From Alphaproteobacteria bacterium (GTDB taxonomy: Bacteria; Pseudomonadota; Alphaproteobacteria; UBA828), in assembly GCA_965214705.1 (NCBI GenBank), contig CBDCCI010000002.1, forward strand, positions 2,848,001-2,912,000: DNA of 64,000 nucleotides, written 5' to 3'. The notes beneath the pieces are model-generated. The model had not been told where the DNA came from. It ran no database searches and saw only the letters and a program-made list of their open reading frames with translations. Positions 43,655 to 53,268 of the stretch are shown here, in pieces; positions within the stretch are counted from its first letter, which is position 1; every line of letters starts with the position of its first letter. Both the position numbers and the translations under genes were made by a program.

Positions 43655-43712
43655 GTGACAGGATCCCGCCATGCGGTGGGCGAGCGAATGGGTCGCAGCC
43701 GGTGGGGTTATA

Positions 43713-43760
43713 TGGATGCGCGGATGCCCGGAACGAGTCCGGGCATGTCCGCGCATGACG
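43713..43760 (-). repeat. CGTC-tagged REP with nested hairpin
   Basis: TGGATGCGCGGA-TGCCCGGAACGAGTCCGGGCA-TGTCCGCGCATGACG. Confidence 0.75.
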
Positions 43761-43886
43761 GGATGGGGCATCGCGTGCGACGGATGTTGCGGGGCACGAC
43801 GCAATGTCCACACGCGTTGGGTGCGCGATGACGAGAACGTCGGGCGGGCACTTGGGCGACTCTCGGGCAGAAAACGTTGCTGTGGA

Positions 43887-43953
43887 ATCCCGCTTATCTC
43901 ACTTAATCCCACTTTATCCCGGAGAATCCCACCCAATCCCGGCGCATCCCGCA
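43887..43953 (+). repeat. Seven ATCYC motifs phased at about 10 bp
   Basis: ATCYC at 43887, 43896, 43906, 43916, 43926, 43936, 43946. Confidence 0.85.
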
Positions 43954-44020
43954 TGAAATTAAGTTGTCGCATCCCGCTTTCGTCACGGGGCGTTCTTTCG
44001 GCCCACCCGTTCTCCCACAT

Positions 44021-44228
44021 CGTCATGCCCGCACTTGTTGCGGGCATCCACGCGTTTTTCTGAGTACGGCGGGTTTTGCTGAGGAAGATGGCTCGATACA
44101 CGGAACGAGTGGGGGCAAGTCCAGGCTTGACGCGAGAACACCGTGCAAGCGTGCGCGACTCCTCTTGTGCGCGCGAGACCTTTCAGGCTCGCGCGACGTG
44201 GATGGCCGGAACAAGTCCGGCCATGACG
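44021..44228. repeat. Inverted pair of CGTC-tagged REPs (44021-44052 and 44197-44228)
   Basis: CGTCATGCCCGCACTTGTTGCGGGCATCCACG ... CGTGGATGGCCGGAACAAGTCCGGCCATGACG. Confidence 0.8.
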
Positions 44229-44268
44229 AAAAAGAGTATTGGTCCCGCCCTAGCCGAGACTGCAGGCC

Positions 44269-46263
44269 CTACAGCAACCCCCGCACCGCCTCCACGATGC
44301 GGTCCTGCGAGGGGATGACCTCGAGCTCTAACCGGTCGTTGTAGGGCATCGGCGTGTGCGGGGCGCCGAGGCGGGCGACCGGCGCGTCGAGATAGTCGAA
44401 GGCCTTGTCCACCACCATCGCCGCAACCTCGGCGCCGAAGCCGCCGCGCACCCAGGCCTCGTGCACGATGAGGAGGCGATTGGTCTTGCGCACGCTGGCC
44501 AGGATGGTCTCCTCGTCCAGCGGCTGCAGCGTGCGGGGGTCGACCACCTCGACGCTGATGCCGTCGCGCTCCAGCACCGTGGCGGCGCTCAGCGCGCGCG
44601 GCACCATGGCGGACGTCGCGACCACGGTCACGTCCGTGCCCGCGCGCTTGATGTCGGCCTTGCCGAGGGGGATGGCGTAGAGCTCCTCCGGCACCGGGCC
44701 GTTGCCGCCGAGGTAGAGCAGCTTCTGCTCCAGGAAGACCACCGGGTTCTCGTCGCGGATCGCGGCGACCAGCAGGCCCTTGGCGTCGTAGGGGGTGGAC
44801 GGCGCCGCCACCACCAGCCCCGGCACGTGGGTGAACCAGGCCTCCAGGCTCTGGCTGTGCTGGGCCGCGAGCCGGATGCCGCCGCCTTGCGGGCCGCGCA
44901 CCACCAGCGGCACGCTGGGCTTGCCCCCCAGCATGAAGCGGAACTTGGCCGCCTGGTTGACCAGCATGTCCATGGTGAGCGCCACGAAGTCGAAGATCTG
45001 GATCTCCACGACAGGACGCATGCCGGCGATGGCGGCGCCGACGCCGCAGCCGACGAAGGTGGCCTCGGAGATCGGCGTGTCGCGCACACGCTCAGGCCCG
45101 TAGCGGTCCATCAGCCCCTTGGAGACGCCGAAGATGCCGCCGGTGGCGCCGACATCCTCGCCCATGAGGAAGACCCGGTCGTCGCGCAGCATCTCCTGGT
45201 CCAGCGCCTCGTTGAGCGCCTCGGGGTAGGAGAGCTCGCGCTCGGTCTCGGGCCCCGGCTCGGTGTGCGCCGCGTGGGGGGCGTAGACCGCATCGAGCAT
45301 CACGTGCACCGGCGGCTCCGGGCTCTCGCGGCCGTAAGAGACGGCGGTCTCGATCTCATCGTCTACGGCCTGCGTGGTCTCGTCGAACTGCTCGTCGGAG
45401 AAGCTGGCTTCGGAGGTGAGGCGCTTTTCCATGCGCGCGATGGGGTCGCGGTCCAGCCAGGATTCGAGCTCGTCCTCGGGCCGCGGATCGCGCAGATTGA
45501 CGCGGAGCGAGTGCTGGCCGTGGCGGTAGGTCATCGCCTCGATCAGGGTCGGCCCCTCGCCGGCGCGGGCGCGGTCCACCGCCTCGCGCAGCACGAGGTA
45601 GACCTCCACGCCGTCGTTGCCGTCCACGGTGATGCCGGGGATCTCGTAGGAGGCCGCGCGGTTCGAGACTTGGGAGACCGCCGTGGTGTTCCGATAGGAG
45701 GTGGAGAGCGCGTACTGGTTGTTCTCGCAGACGAAGATCACCGGCAGCTTCCATACCGCAGCCAGGTTGAGCGATTCGTGGAAGACGCCCTGGTTCGACG
45801 CGCCGTCACCGAAGAAGGCCACCGCGACCCGATCCGTCCCCTGCAGCTTGGCGGCGAGGCCCGCGCCGGTGGCGAGCGGCATGGCGGCGCCGACGATGCC
45901 GTTCGCGCCCATGATGTTGAGCTCCATGTCCGCGATGTGCATGGAGCCGCCGAGGCCCTGGCAGTAGCCGGTCTGGCGGCCCATCAGCTCCGCCATCATG
46001 CGGTCGATGCGCGCGCCCTTGGCGATGCAGTGGCCGTGGCCGCGGTGGTAGGAGGCGATGATGTCGTCATCGCGCAGCGCCGCGCAGACGCCGGCGGCGA
46101 TCGCCTCCTCGCCCTTGTAGCTGTGGGCCGTGCCCTTAACGACGCCTTCCTGGAAGAGGTCGGCGGTCTTGTCCTCGAAGGCGCGGATGCGGCGCATGGT
46201 GACGTAGAGGTCGCGGAGGGTCTCCGCCTCCACGGTAATGTTGCTGGTCGCGCTCTCGTTCAT
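44269..46263 (-). CDS. Fused alpha-beta 2-oxoacid dehydrogenase E1
   Basis: [13 protein letters not shown] in N-terminal half; GEDVG, DTPISE, AQHSQ in C-terminal half. Confidence 0.9.
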   Translation of the reverse strand: MNESATSNITVEAETLRDLYVTMRRIRAFEDKTADLFQEGVVKGTAHSYKGEEAIAAGVCAALRDDDIIASYHRGHGHCIAKGARIDRMMAELMGRQTGYCQGLGGSMHIADMELNIMGANGIVGAAMPLATGAGLAAKLQGTDRVAVAFFGDGASNQGVFHESLNLAAVWKLPVIFVCENNQYALSTSYRNTTAVSQVSNRAASYEIPGITVDGNDGVEVYLVLREAVDRARAGEGPTLIEAMTYRHGQHSLRVNLRDPRPEDELESWLDRDPIARMEKRLTSEASFSDEQFDETTQAVDDEIETAVSYGRESPEPPVHVMLDAVYAPHAAHTEPGPETERELSYPEALNEALDQEMLRDDRVFLMGEDVGATGGIFGVSKGLMDRYGPERVRDTPISEATFVGCGVGAAIAGMRPVVEIQIFDFVALTMDMLVNQAAKFRFMLGGKPSVPLVVRGPQGGGIRLAAQHSQSLEAWFTHVPGLVVAAPSTPYDAKGLLVAAIRDENPVVFLEQKLLYLGGNGPVPEELYAIPLGKADIKRAGTDVTVVATSAMVPRALSAATVLERDGISVEVVDPRTLQPLDEETILASVRKTNRLLIVHEAWVRGGFGAEVAAMVVDKAFDYLDAPVARLGAPHTPMPYNDRLELEVIPSQDRIVEAVRGLL

Positions 46264-46484
46264 CGCCCTTCGCCTCCCTGGCGTGCCGCTCTGGCCCCGG
46301 CGCATTGTTCACGACTGTGCTTCGGCGCGCCACCCCAAGTCTTAAGGCCGCACGCTCCTCCCCTCTGCTGCCAGTTCACTGTCGTCCGGACGGAACGAAA
46401 TGATTTGACCGGCGTGCCCGGCATTCGAAGGATCGACGCCCGCGACGCCTTGCCGCGCGCGAGAGGTGCGATGGACCGGATGCC

Positions 46485-47720
46485 GTGATCGCTCAGGCCA
46501 TACTGCGGAGGCCGCCGGCGTTGATCGCCGTGATGTGCCTCGCCGAGGTGCTCGCGATGACCGGCTTCGCGGCCTACTGGTCGCTGCTGCCGGTGCTCCA
46601 GGCCGAGTGGCACATGAGCAACGCCATGGCCGGCTGGCTCTCGGGCGCGTTCTTCGGCGGTTACGTCCTGGTGGTCGCGTTTCTGACCGCGATGACGGAC
46701 CGGGTCGATGCCCGCTACGTCTTCATCCTGGGTGCGGCGCTGTCTGCCGCCGGTCTGGTCGGGCTGGCGCTGCTGGCGACGGGATTCTGGTCGGCTCTGC
46801 CGTGGCGCGTGATCGCGGGCGCAGGCCTCGCTGGCACCTACATGCCGGGCCTCAAGGTGCTCACCGACCGCCTGCCGCAAGAACGACAGGCACGCGCGGT
46901 GGCCTTCTACACGTCCTCCTTCAGCATCGGCACGGCGGTGTCCTATTCCCTCGCGGGCGGCGCGCTGGAGTGGTTCGGCTGGCGCGGCGCCCTGCTGTTC
47001 ACGGCCGCCGGCCCGGTCCTTGCCGGCATCGCGCTTGCGACGATCGTCGCACCGCGGCAGCCGGAAGCGGCCGCCGAGGAACGCGGCCACGTGCTCGACT
47101 TCCGCCCGGTGCTGCGCTCGCGGGAGACCATGGCCTACATCATGGCCTACGCCGGCCACGGGGCCGAGCTCTTCGCCATGCGCTCCTGGATCGTGCCCTT
47201 CCTGGTGTTCTGCCTGGGCAGCGGCAGCGGACGCGAGCTCAACGCCACGCTCTTCGCCACGGCGATCGCCCTCGTCGCGGTGGTGTCGAGCATCGGCGGA
47301 GCGGAGCTTGCGTTGCGCATCGGCCGCGTGCGTCTGCTCACCTGGGTAATGCTGGCGACCTTCGCGATCAGCGTCGCGGTCGGCTTTTCCTCGCCGCTTC
47401 CCTTCGCCGTGGTGGTGGTGCTTTGCCTGATTTATTCTGCCGCGATTCAGGCCGATTCTGCGGCGCTTACCGCCGGTGCCGTCGCTACCTCGCCGGTGGG
47501 TCATCGCGGCGCGACGCTGGCGGTGCATTCGACGCTGGGGTTCGGTGGCTCGCTGTTCGCGCCGGCGCTTGTGGGCGTGGTGCTCGACGTTGCCGCGCCA
47601 CTGGGCGGCACGACCGCATGGGGTCTCGCTTTCCTTTCAATGGGATCGATGGCGCTGCTCGGCTACGTTTTTTTCCTGCTGGTACGCCGACGCCCGGCTC
47701 ACGGGCCGACTTTGGGATAG
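46485..47720 (+). CDS. MFS transporter
   Basis: About 12 hydrophobic segments; TDRVDAR loop motif. Confidence 0.87.
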   Translation: MIAQAILRRPPALIAVMCLAEVLAMTGFAAYWSLLPVLQAEWHMSNAMAGWLSGAFFGGYVLVVAFLTAMTDRVDARYVFILGAALSAAGLVGLALLATGFWSALPWRVIAGAGLAGTYMPGLKVLTDRLPQERQARAVAFYTSSFSIGTAVSYSLAGGALEWFGWRGALLFTAAGPVLAGIALATIVAPRQPEAAAEERGHVLDFRPVLRSRETMAYIMAYAGHGAELFAMRSWIVPFLVFCLGSGSGRELNATLFATAIALVAVVSSIGGAELALRIGRVRLLTWVMLATFAISVAVGFSSPLPFAVVVVLCLIYSAAIQADSAALTAGAVATSPVGHRGATLAVHSTLGFGGSLFAPALVGVVLDVAAPLGGTTAWGLAFLSMGSMALLGYVFFLLVRRRPAHGPTLG

Positions 47721-48035
47721 ACGGCGACCGAACGCGCCGCTCCAATCCGAACCAAGATTTCGCGAGGGTGTGAGGCACTATGTCGATTTGGACATACCAT
47801 TTTATCTGTTCTATATGGCTTATTTACATGATAATGGAGTGTTCTGCCGCCGGTATCCCTGTCCTCGCTGGGCCGGTCGCAGCGTAGTCGCGGCGCCGCG
47901 TCCGATCCCGGGCCGGCGGCGGACAAGGCCCCGGTGCCGCTGGCGGCCACTGTTTGCCTCCTGGGCTCTCGGCGGTCCGGTGGCGCCGGGGCCGGCTTTA
48001 CTTGCCGGAGACATGGACCGCGCCCGCGACTCCGC

Positions 48036-48422
48036 TCAGGCGCCCCCTCCCAGCAGATGTGCGTTGATCTGGTCGAGCTGCTTGTCGAGGCCGGCGATCA
48101 TCTTGTCCATGCCATCGAGGGTCGCGCGGAGCGCCGCGATCTCCCCCTGAACCGCCGTGACCGAGCGTCCGAGAGTTGCGAACTCGCGGGCGTCGGGAAG
48201 GGATTCGAGCGCCGTGGAAAGCTTGACCAGGCCGCGCTCGACGGTCTCCATGCGCGCGCCCAGGGCGCCGACGCCGGTGTCGCGCCTCTCCAGGTCGCTG
48301 ACGCTCTTGGTGGTAACGGCACCGGCGGATTCGAGCCGGCGCACGCGCACGAAGAGACCGACGCAGGCGCCGACGATGGCGCCGACCACGCCGCGCGCGA
48401 CCCACGTCTCGAGATCGCTCAT
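48036..48422 (-). CDS. Mu-like phage membrane-anchored coiled-coil protein (DUF2730-like)
   Basis: N-terminal TM, LESLPD motif, coiled coil; last gene of lysis-like cassette. Confidence 0.55.
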   Translation of the reverse strand: MSDLETWVARGVVGAIVGACVGLFVRVRRLESAGAVTTKSVSDLERRDTGVGALGARMETVERGLVKLSTALESLPDAREFATLGRSVTAVQGEIAALRATLDGMDKMIAGLDKQLDQINAHLLGGGA

Positions 48423-48949
48423 CGACCGGCCGCCCCGCCCTCGCGCGAACGCCGCTTCTCGATCTGACGGGCGCCGAACCACCAGAGCATCGCGGCGGTG
48501 AAGAGATAGAGCACGGTCTCGACGATGCGGGGCCGGAGGCTTACGGCTGCGAGATCGGAAGCGCCGAGCAGGAAGTAGATCGCGCCCACGAGAGCGAAGA
48601 GGCTCCAGGTGAGCGCCGGCCGCGTGAGGCCCCGCACCACGTCGACGAGCTGCATGGCCCAGCCCTCGCCGGGCTTGGACCAGCGCCGGGCGGCCTCCCG
48701 GTAGGAAGCCTCCATGGCCTCCCACTCGGCCCGCTCGCGGGTGGCCTGAGCCTCGATGGCGGCATGCGCCGCAGCGCCCTCCGCCTCGGCCTTGGCGAGC
48801 TCGATGTCGAGACGGCGCAGATCCAGCTCCTGGGCGTGCCGCTGGCGCGACTGGAAGAAGTCGACCACGGCCGACAGCGCCGTGCCGAGCAGCCCGGTCG
48901 CGCCGCCGGTGAGTACCGAGACGCCGAAGTTGAAAAGCGTTTCAAGCAT
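48419..48949 (-). CDS. Holin-like membrane protein (3-TM type)
   Basis: GGATGLLG N-terminus; VRGLTRPALTW and WWFGAR motifs. Confidence 0.6.
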   Translation of the reverse strand: MLETLFNFGVSVLTGGATGLLGTALSAVVDFFQSRQRHAQELDLRRLDIELAKAEAEGAAAHAAIEAQATRERAEWEAMEASYREAARRWSKPGEGWAMQLVDVVRGLTRPALTWSLFALVGAIYFLLGASDLAAVSLRPRIVETVLYLFTAAMLWWFGARQIEKRRSREGGAAGR

Positions 48950-48994
48950 GGGACTCTCCTATGCGCCCTACCGCTTCAATACTTGAGGGCGCGT

Positions 48995-49483
48995 TCATTC
49001 CGTTCGCCCTATTGCTGGGCTCGTTTGCCGCGCGCCTACCGGCGCGACGCTTGAGGGCGGGTTGATCTCCAGTTCGAAGGGTTGGTCCGCGGCCCAGTCC
49101 ATGAGGTGACGGAAGGCCGTGCGCGAGGCGAGCACCGCCGCCTGCTGGCGCCCCTTCACGCTCAACCGCCCCCGGCGGAGACCGGGCAGCAGGCAGCCCT
49201 GGGTGTGGGTATGCCAGCCGCGCTCCACGTCGCCGCCGAGGTTGCCGGCATGGAAGAGGATGTGGCTGCGGCCCGGCACCTGAGTCACCAGCAGGCAGCG
49301 CCGGTGGCGCGGCGAAAGGTGCGGCACAACATCGTAGAGCCCAGCCGGGATGCAGGAGCGGTTGCGCCGGTTGCCGCGCCAGGGCGGCTCCATGATCCAG
49401 GTGGGCGAGAGGCCGGGGCCGCTCAGGACCCCGACGGTGCCCTGGTCGCTTTCGTGCCGCCGTGTGAGGATCGCCCGTTGCAT
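48995..49483 (-). CDS. DUF5675-like phage protein (putative endolysin/L,D-peptidase fold)
   Basis: EPPW...SCIPAGLY, VPGRSHILFHAGN, TQGCLLPG. Confidence 0.7.
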   Translation of the reverse strand: MQRAILTRRHESDQGTVGVLSGPGLSPTWIMEPPWRGNRRNRSCIPAGLYDVVPHLSPRHRRCLLVTQVPGRSHILFHAGNLGGDVERGWHTHTQGCLLPGLRRGRLSVKGRQQAAVLASRTAFRHLMDWAADQPFELEINPPSSVAPVGARQTSPAIGRTE

Positions 49484-49535
49484 GGGGCGATCATGGCGGG
49501 GCGGGCCCCGCCCGTGCACCGCACCATGGTCCGGG
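49481..49535 (-). promoter_or_regulatory. Putative activator-dependent late promoter of lysis cassette (copy A): box, N20, CATGAT, N6, ATG
   Basis: Imperfect dyad CCGGACCATGGTGCGG upstream of a -10-like hexamer, no obvious -35, no RBS. Confidence 0.7.
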
Positions 49536-49566
49536 TTCTACCGACTGCGCGCGCGTCTGGTCGGGG

Positions 49567-50118
49567 TCAGTCCACCAGCCACTTGATGCGCCAGAATGCG
49601 ATCGCGTCGAGCGCCATATTTGGGCCGACGAGGTCGGGCGTGGCGCCGAGCGCGGCGCGGCGCGTGGGGCGTGTCGTGGCGTCTTCAGCGCCCTCCCAAG
49701 GCAGCGGACCCTGCCAGATGATCTTGTCCTTGATCGCGTAGAGGGCGCAGGCGGGCCGGTCTGCGGGGTGAGCCTCCGCAACCGCCTCGCGGCAGCGTTC
49801 GAGCGCCCGGTACGTGTAGTGGACGTCTTTGACCGACCGGGCGAACGGATTGTCCAGAACGTGGCAGCCGCCTGTCGCGCAATAGACGTACCAGCCTCCC
49901 CGCCCGTTTCGGTCGAGCGCGAGCACGGCGTAGCGGCCCTGTGCATGGCGCAGGTAGTCGCCCCACCACGCCACGAACCAGGCAGGCGCCCCTTCGTGCA
50001 GCGCGTCGACCGACGCTGCGGTGGCGCGAATCTTGTGGCCCTCGACGTGCGTGATCGGCGAACAAGCGGCGAGCGCAGCGGCCGCCAGAACGCCGATCAG
50101 CGCTGCGCGACGCATCAT
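49567..50118 (-). CDS. Hypothetical lipoprotein
   Basis: MMRRAALIGVLAAAALAAC lipobox; start overlaps repressor stop. Confidence 0.65.
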   Translation of the reverse strand: MMRRAALIGVLAAAALAACSPITHVEGHKIRATAASVDALHEGAPAWFVAWWGDYLRHAQGRYAVLALDRNGRGGWYVYCATGGCHVLDNPFARSVKDVHYTYRALERCREAVAEAHPADRPACALYAIKDKIIWQGPLPWEGAEDATTRPTRRAALGATPDLVGPNMALDAIAFWRIKWLVD

Positions 50119-51017
50119 TCGAAGGTGCGGGAGGCCCAGCGCACCTCGCCGATCACCTCCGCCTCCCGCGGCCACGGCACCGGCTGCCAGGACGGGTGAT
50201 CGCTGGCGAGGAACCATTGCCGGCCGCGCCGCTCCAGCCGCTTCACGACCAGGCCCTCGCCGGTGGTGACCACAAAGATGCGCCCGGAACGGCGGCGGGT
50301 GCGGTCGCGGTCCACCAGGATCTTGGAGCCGGCCGGCAGCGTGGGCTCCATCGACTCGCCCCGCACCGAAATCACCACGCAGCGCGTCGGGTCGATGCCT
50401 TGGCCATCGAGCCAGTCACGGCGGAACCAGACCGGACCCTTGACCGGTGCATCGTCGAGATTGACCGTGCCGCCGCCCGCCGCCGCTGCGACCTCGCGCG
50501 TCCCCACCGAGCGCGCGCCGGGCGGCACGCCGTTCTCGTTCGCTGCAGCGACCGGCCGGGCGTCGGAGTCGGCGAAGCCCGCCACAGGGGGCGCGCCCAG
50601 CTCCTCCGGGATCGGGTCGCCGCCGGCGTCTGCGACGAGCCCCACCAGCGCCCGGACCGGCCCCTCCAGGCTGAATATCGGCACCGCCGGCGGGGCTGCC
50701 GGCAATGCACCGCCCCACTCCGTACCCGTCAATTCCGACAGTGCTCCCGCTCCCCCCAGGCCGACCTCGTCGTCCTCACCATCGGCGCGCGGATCGGCAG
50801 GCGGGCCGATCGAAAGTGTGAGCCCGAGCGCGGCGCAGATTTCGGCCGCGCGGTCCACCGACGGCGCCTGTTGGCGGGTCGGGTCCAGAATTCCCCGCAG
50901 CGTCCAGGGCCGGAGCCCGCGGGCCGCCTCGAAGCGCCGCGCGCCCACGCCGGCGGCCGCCAGCGCCTCGCGCACGGCACGGCGGATCTGCTCGCTCGGT
51001 CGAGTCGATTCGTTCAT
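50115..51017 (-). CDS. Phage CI-like repressor with S24 peptidase domain
   Basis: N-terminal HTH, AAAGGG cleavage site, VRGESMEP, VVKRL. Confidence 0.88.
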   Translation of the reverse strand: MNESTRPSEQIRRAVREALAAAGVGARRFEAARGLRPWTLRGILDPTRQQAPSVDRAAEICAALGLTLSIGPPADPRADGEDDEVGLGGAGALSELTGTEWGGALPAAPPAVPIFSLEGPVRALVGLVADAGGDPIPEELGAPPVAGFADSDARPVAAANENGVPPGARSVGTREVAAAAGGGTVNLDDAPVKGPVWFRRDWLDGQGIDPTRCVVISVRGESMEPTLPAGSKILVDRDRTRRRSGRIFVVTTGEGLVVKRLERRGRQWFLASDHPSWQPVPWPREAEVIGEVRWASRTFE

Positions 51018-51091
51018 GTGCACAATATAGCACAAACGATCGTGCATAAAAGTGCTTGATATCGTCATGTGTGATCGTGCATATATGCCTT
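51018..51091. promoter_or_regulatory. Divergent cI/cro control region
   Basis: AT-rich; direct repeat GATCGTGCATA (51038, 51073), multiple GCAC/GTGC half-sites, TTGATA at 51056. Confidence 0.6.
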
Positions 51092-51343
51092 ATGGTGCAC
51101 AACGACCAACTGCTCGTTACCCTCATCCACGCCTTTGCGGACGCTCGCAGCCTCTCCGTCTCCTACGCGTCGCGCCTGTTGACCGGCAGCGGCGACACGG
51201 TCGACCGCGTCACCGCTGGCGCGAGCATCACCGCGCGCCGGGCCGAGACCATCGTCCGCCGCGCCTCGCAGAACTGGCCCGCCGACCGCGCCTGGCCGAC
51301 GGACATCCCCCGCCCCGCGCCCGCGCCGAAAACCGATAAGTAA
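51092..51343 (+). CDS. Cro/Ner-like small DNA-binding protein
   Basis: Divergent from repressor; WPADRAWPTDIPRP tail typical of alphaproteobacterial phage Cro-like proteins. Confidence 0.6.
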   Translation: MVHNDQLLVTLIHAFADARSLSVSYASRLLTGSGDTVDRVTAGASITARRAETIVRRASQNWPADRAWPTDIPRPAPAPKTDK

Positions 51344-51365
51344 TCGATTTGAAAGGGAGAACCCG

Positions 51366-51911
51366 ATGGCCGGAACCCATGCGCCACCAGTGACCTCTAT
51401 GGAGGACATCGTCGCCCTTGCCCGGAGCTTCGCCGCCGCGCGGGCGACGACCGAGGCGCTGGCCGAAGACATCAAGGCGATGCAATGCAAGGCCCTGGCC
51501 GGCCGGCTTCGTGCGCTGCGTAGCCGCATTGCCGAGCAGTCGGCATCCGAAGACGCGCTGCGCGCCGCAATCCTGGCCCGGCCGGACCTTTTCGACAGCC
51601 CGCGCACCATCGCGGTGGACGGCATCAGGTTCGGGCTCCGCAAGCAGCCGGGCGCCATTGCGCTGGACGACGAGGCGCTGACCATCGAGCGGCTGCGCGC
51701 GCGCTTCCCCGACCGGGCCGAGACGCTGATCCGGGTCAAGGAGACGCTGGACCGCGCGGCACTGCGCAAGCTCCCGGCAGGCGAGCTCGCGCAGCTCGGC
51801 ATCACCATAGAGAAGGCGACGGACGACGTGGTTATCGCGGCGGCATCGAGCGATCTCGACCGCGTCGTCGCCGCCTTGCTGGACGACCACGCACCGGCGG
51901 AGGCGGCATGA
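51366..51911 (+). CDS. gam: Mu Gam-like host-nuclease inhibitor
   Basis: Helical N-terminus; RT...GIRFGLRKQPG, LIRVKETLDRAAL, LAQLGITI. Confidence 0.7.
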   Translation: MAGTHAPPVTSMEDIVALARSFAAARATTEALAEDIKAMQCKALAGRLRALRSRIAEQSASEDALRAAILARPDLFDSPRTIAVDGIRFGLRKQPGAIALDDEALTIERLRARFPDRAETLIRVKETLDRAALRKLPAGELAQLGITIEKATDDVVIAAASSDLDRVVAALLDDHAPAEAA

Positions 51912-52705
51912 GGAGCGGACGCCTGCGCAGCATGCGGCGGGAGGAGGCGCGGCCGGCGGCAGTGCCGGGCGCCCGCGCCCGCGCCGAGCGCCTGTGGAAC
52001 GAGACTGTCGCGAGTCCTCGCGAGCCTACGGCGGACGATGCAAACGGATCGACCGTTCCCCTCCTCACCCCGGCCCTCTCCTCCCCGAGGGGAGGAGAGG
52101 GAGAGTCAGTCGGCGCTACCCACGTCCCCTCTCCGCCCCTGGGGGCGGAGAGGGACAGGGAGAGGTGGGGGAGGGTTGCGTCAAGAGACCCTCAACGTCC
52201 GCTAAAGGGAATGACTACCGGTACTCCCCTTTCCGGCGGGCCGGCGACGCGCAAGCTGCGGGCGCTCTGGCACAGCGCCTATCATCTGGGCCTGATCCAC
52301 GACCGCTCGGACGACGCGCTTGGCGCCTGGCTCCGTCGCCTCGCGTACCTCGATGGGAACGCCTGCGCTGAACCGGCCAGCCTCGACCGGCCCATCCAGG
52401 CACTCAAAGCCTGGCTCGCGCGCGCCGCCGGCGTGGACTGGCGGCCGCATGTCTCCCTCGGGCAGGACGGGCGGGTGCGGGAGACGCGCCGCCCGCGGGC
52501 GCGCGTTCTGGAAGCGCAGTGGCGCCTGCTCCACCGCCGGGGCCGGGTGCGGATCGGAAGCGACGCGGCTCTCGGCGCCTACGCCGCCCGCCTTGTCGGC
52601 CTGGGCCGCGCTGATTCACATCTCGCTCTCAGCAACGCTCAGACCGATGCCCTGATCCGCCACTTCGGCAAGTGCATCCGCGCGGCGAGCGAACGCCATG
52701 ACTGA
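51908..52705 (+). CDS. gemA: Mu GemA-like regulatory protein (contains in-frame palindromic repeat)
   Basis: KLRALWHSAYHLGLIHDRSDDAL, IQALKAWLAR, LEAQW; between gam and mor. Confidence 0.7.
   Translation: MRSGRLRSMRREEARPAAVPGARARAERLWNETVASPREPTADDANGSTVPLLTPALSSPRGGEGESVGATHVPSPPLGAERDRERWGRVASRDPQRPLKGMTTGTPLSGGPATRKLRALWHSAYHLGLIHDRSDDALGAWLRRLAYLDGNACAEPASLDRPIQALKAWLARAAGVDWRPHVSLGQDGRVRETRRPRARVLEAQWRLLHRRGRVRIGSDAALGAYAARLVGLGRADSHLALSNAQTDALIRHFGKCIRAASERHD
52058..52175. repeat. Palindromic repeat family 3 (CCCCTCCTCACCCC...CCCTCTCC...GGAGAGGG) inside gemA
   Basis: Two hairpins; homologous to 53840-53873 joined to 55043-55095. Confidence 0.8.
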
Positions 52706-53045
52706 TGCCGCGCCTCTCCCCGGCGTGCTGGAGGAGATTGCGGATATCGCGGGCAGGCCGACGGCGATCGCCATGGCGCTTGCCTGGGGCGGGCGGGAGG
52801 TTCACATCCCCAAACCGCACTATCTGGCGCGCCACCCCGACCACCCCCTCGCCCGCCTGCTGGAGGCCGAGGGGACCGCGTTCCAGGTCGCCGACTATCT
52901 CGGCGGTTCCGGCGTCTACCTGCCGCGAGCGCGCCGTGCCTGCGCCGTCCACCTCGCCGCCGCCGGCGCAACCGCCGTCGAGATCGCAGCGCGCCTCTCC
53001 CTCTCCCCCAGCGCGGCCCGGCGCTACATCAGGGGCGTGCCGTAG
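52698..53045 (+). CDS. Mor/C-family transcription activator
   Basis: LPGVLEEIADIAG...WGGREVHIP, GGSGVYLP, C-terminal HTH EIAARLSLS. Confidence 0.7.
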   Translation: MTDAAPLPGVLEEIADIAGRPTAIAMALAWGGREVHIPKPHYLARHPDHPLARLLEAEGTAFQVADYLGGSGVYLPRARRACAVHLAAAGATAVEIAARLSLSPSAARRYIRGVP

Positions 53046-53268
53046 GCGGCCCCCGGAGGGCGCCCCGCGCATGAGTGCTATGCTTGAGAGTCAGCCCGTC
53101 CGGCGTTGCACATTAGTCGCGTCATAACCACATCACCTGTGGCGGCGCAGCGCCCGAATTCCCGCGTGGGAGCAGGCTGTGCCGCCCCAGAGTCAACAAG
53201 GGCCACGCACCAGCGAGAGGTCCATCGAGCGGCAGCCACCGCAGCCCGGTCAGAAAAGGAACGTCGTC

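Noticed and set aside
43671-44063. 130-aa ORF after box B (and the short ORF after box C) as real proteins
   Set aside because: They run through REPs and tandem repeats, and the frame is not conserved between the two homologous copies.
48036-53045. Complete prophage
   Set aside because: No transposase or integrase, terminase, capsid or tail genes within the module; no TG...CA ends identified.
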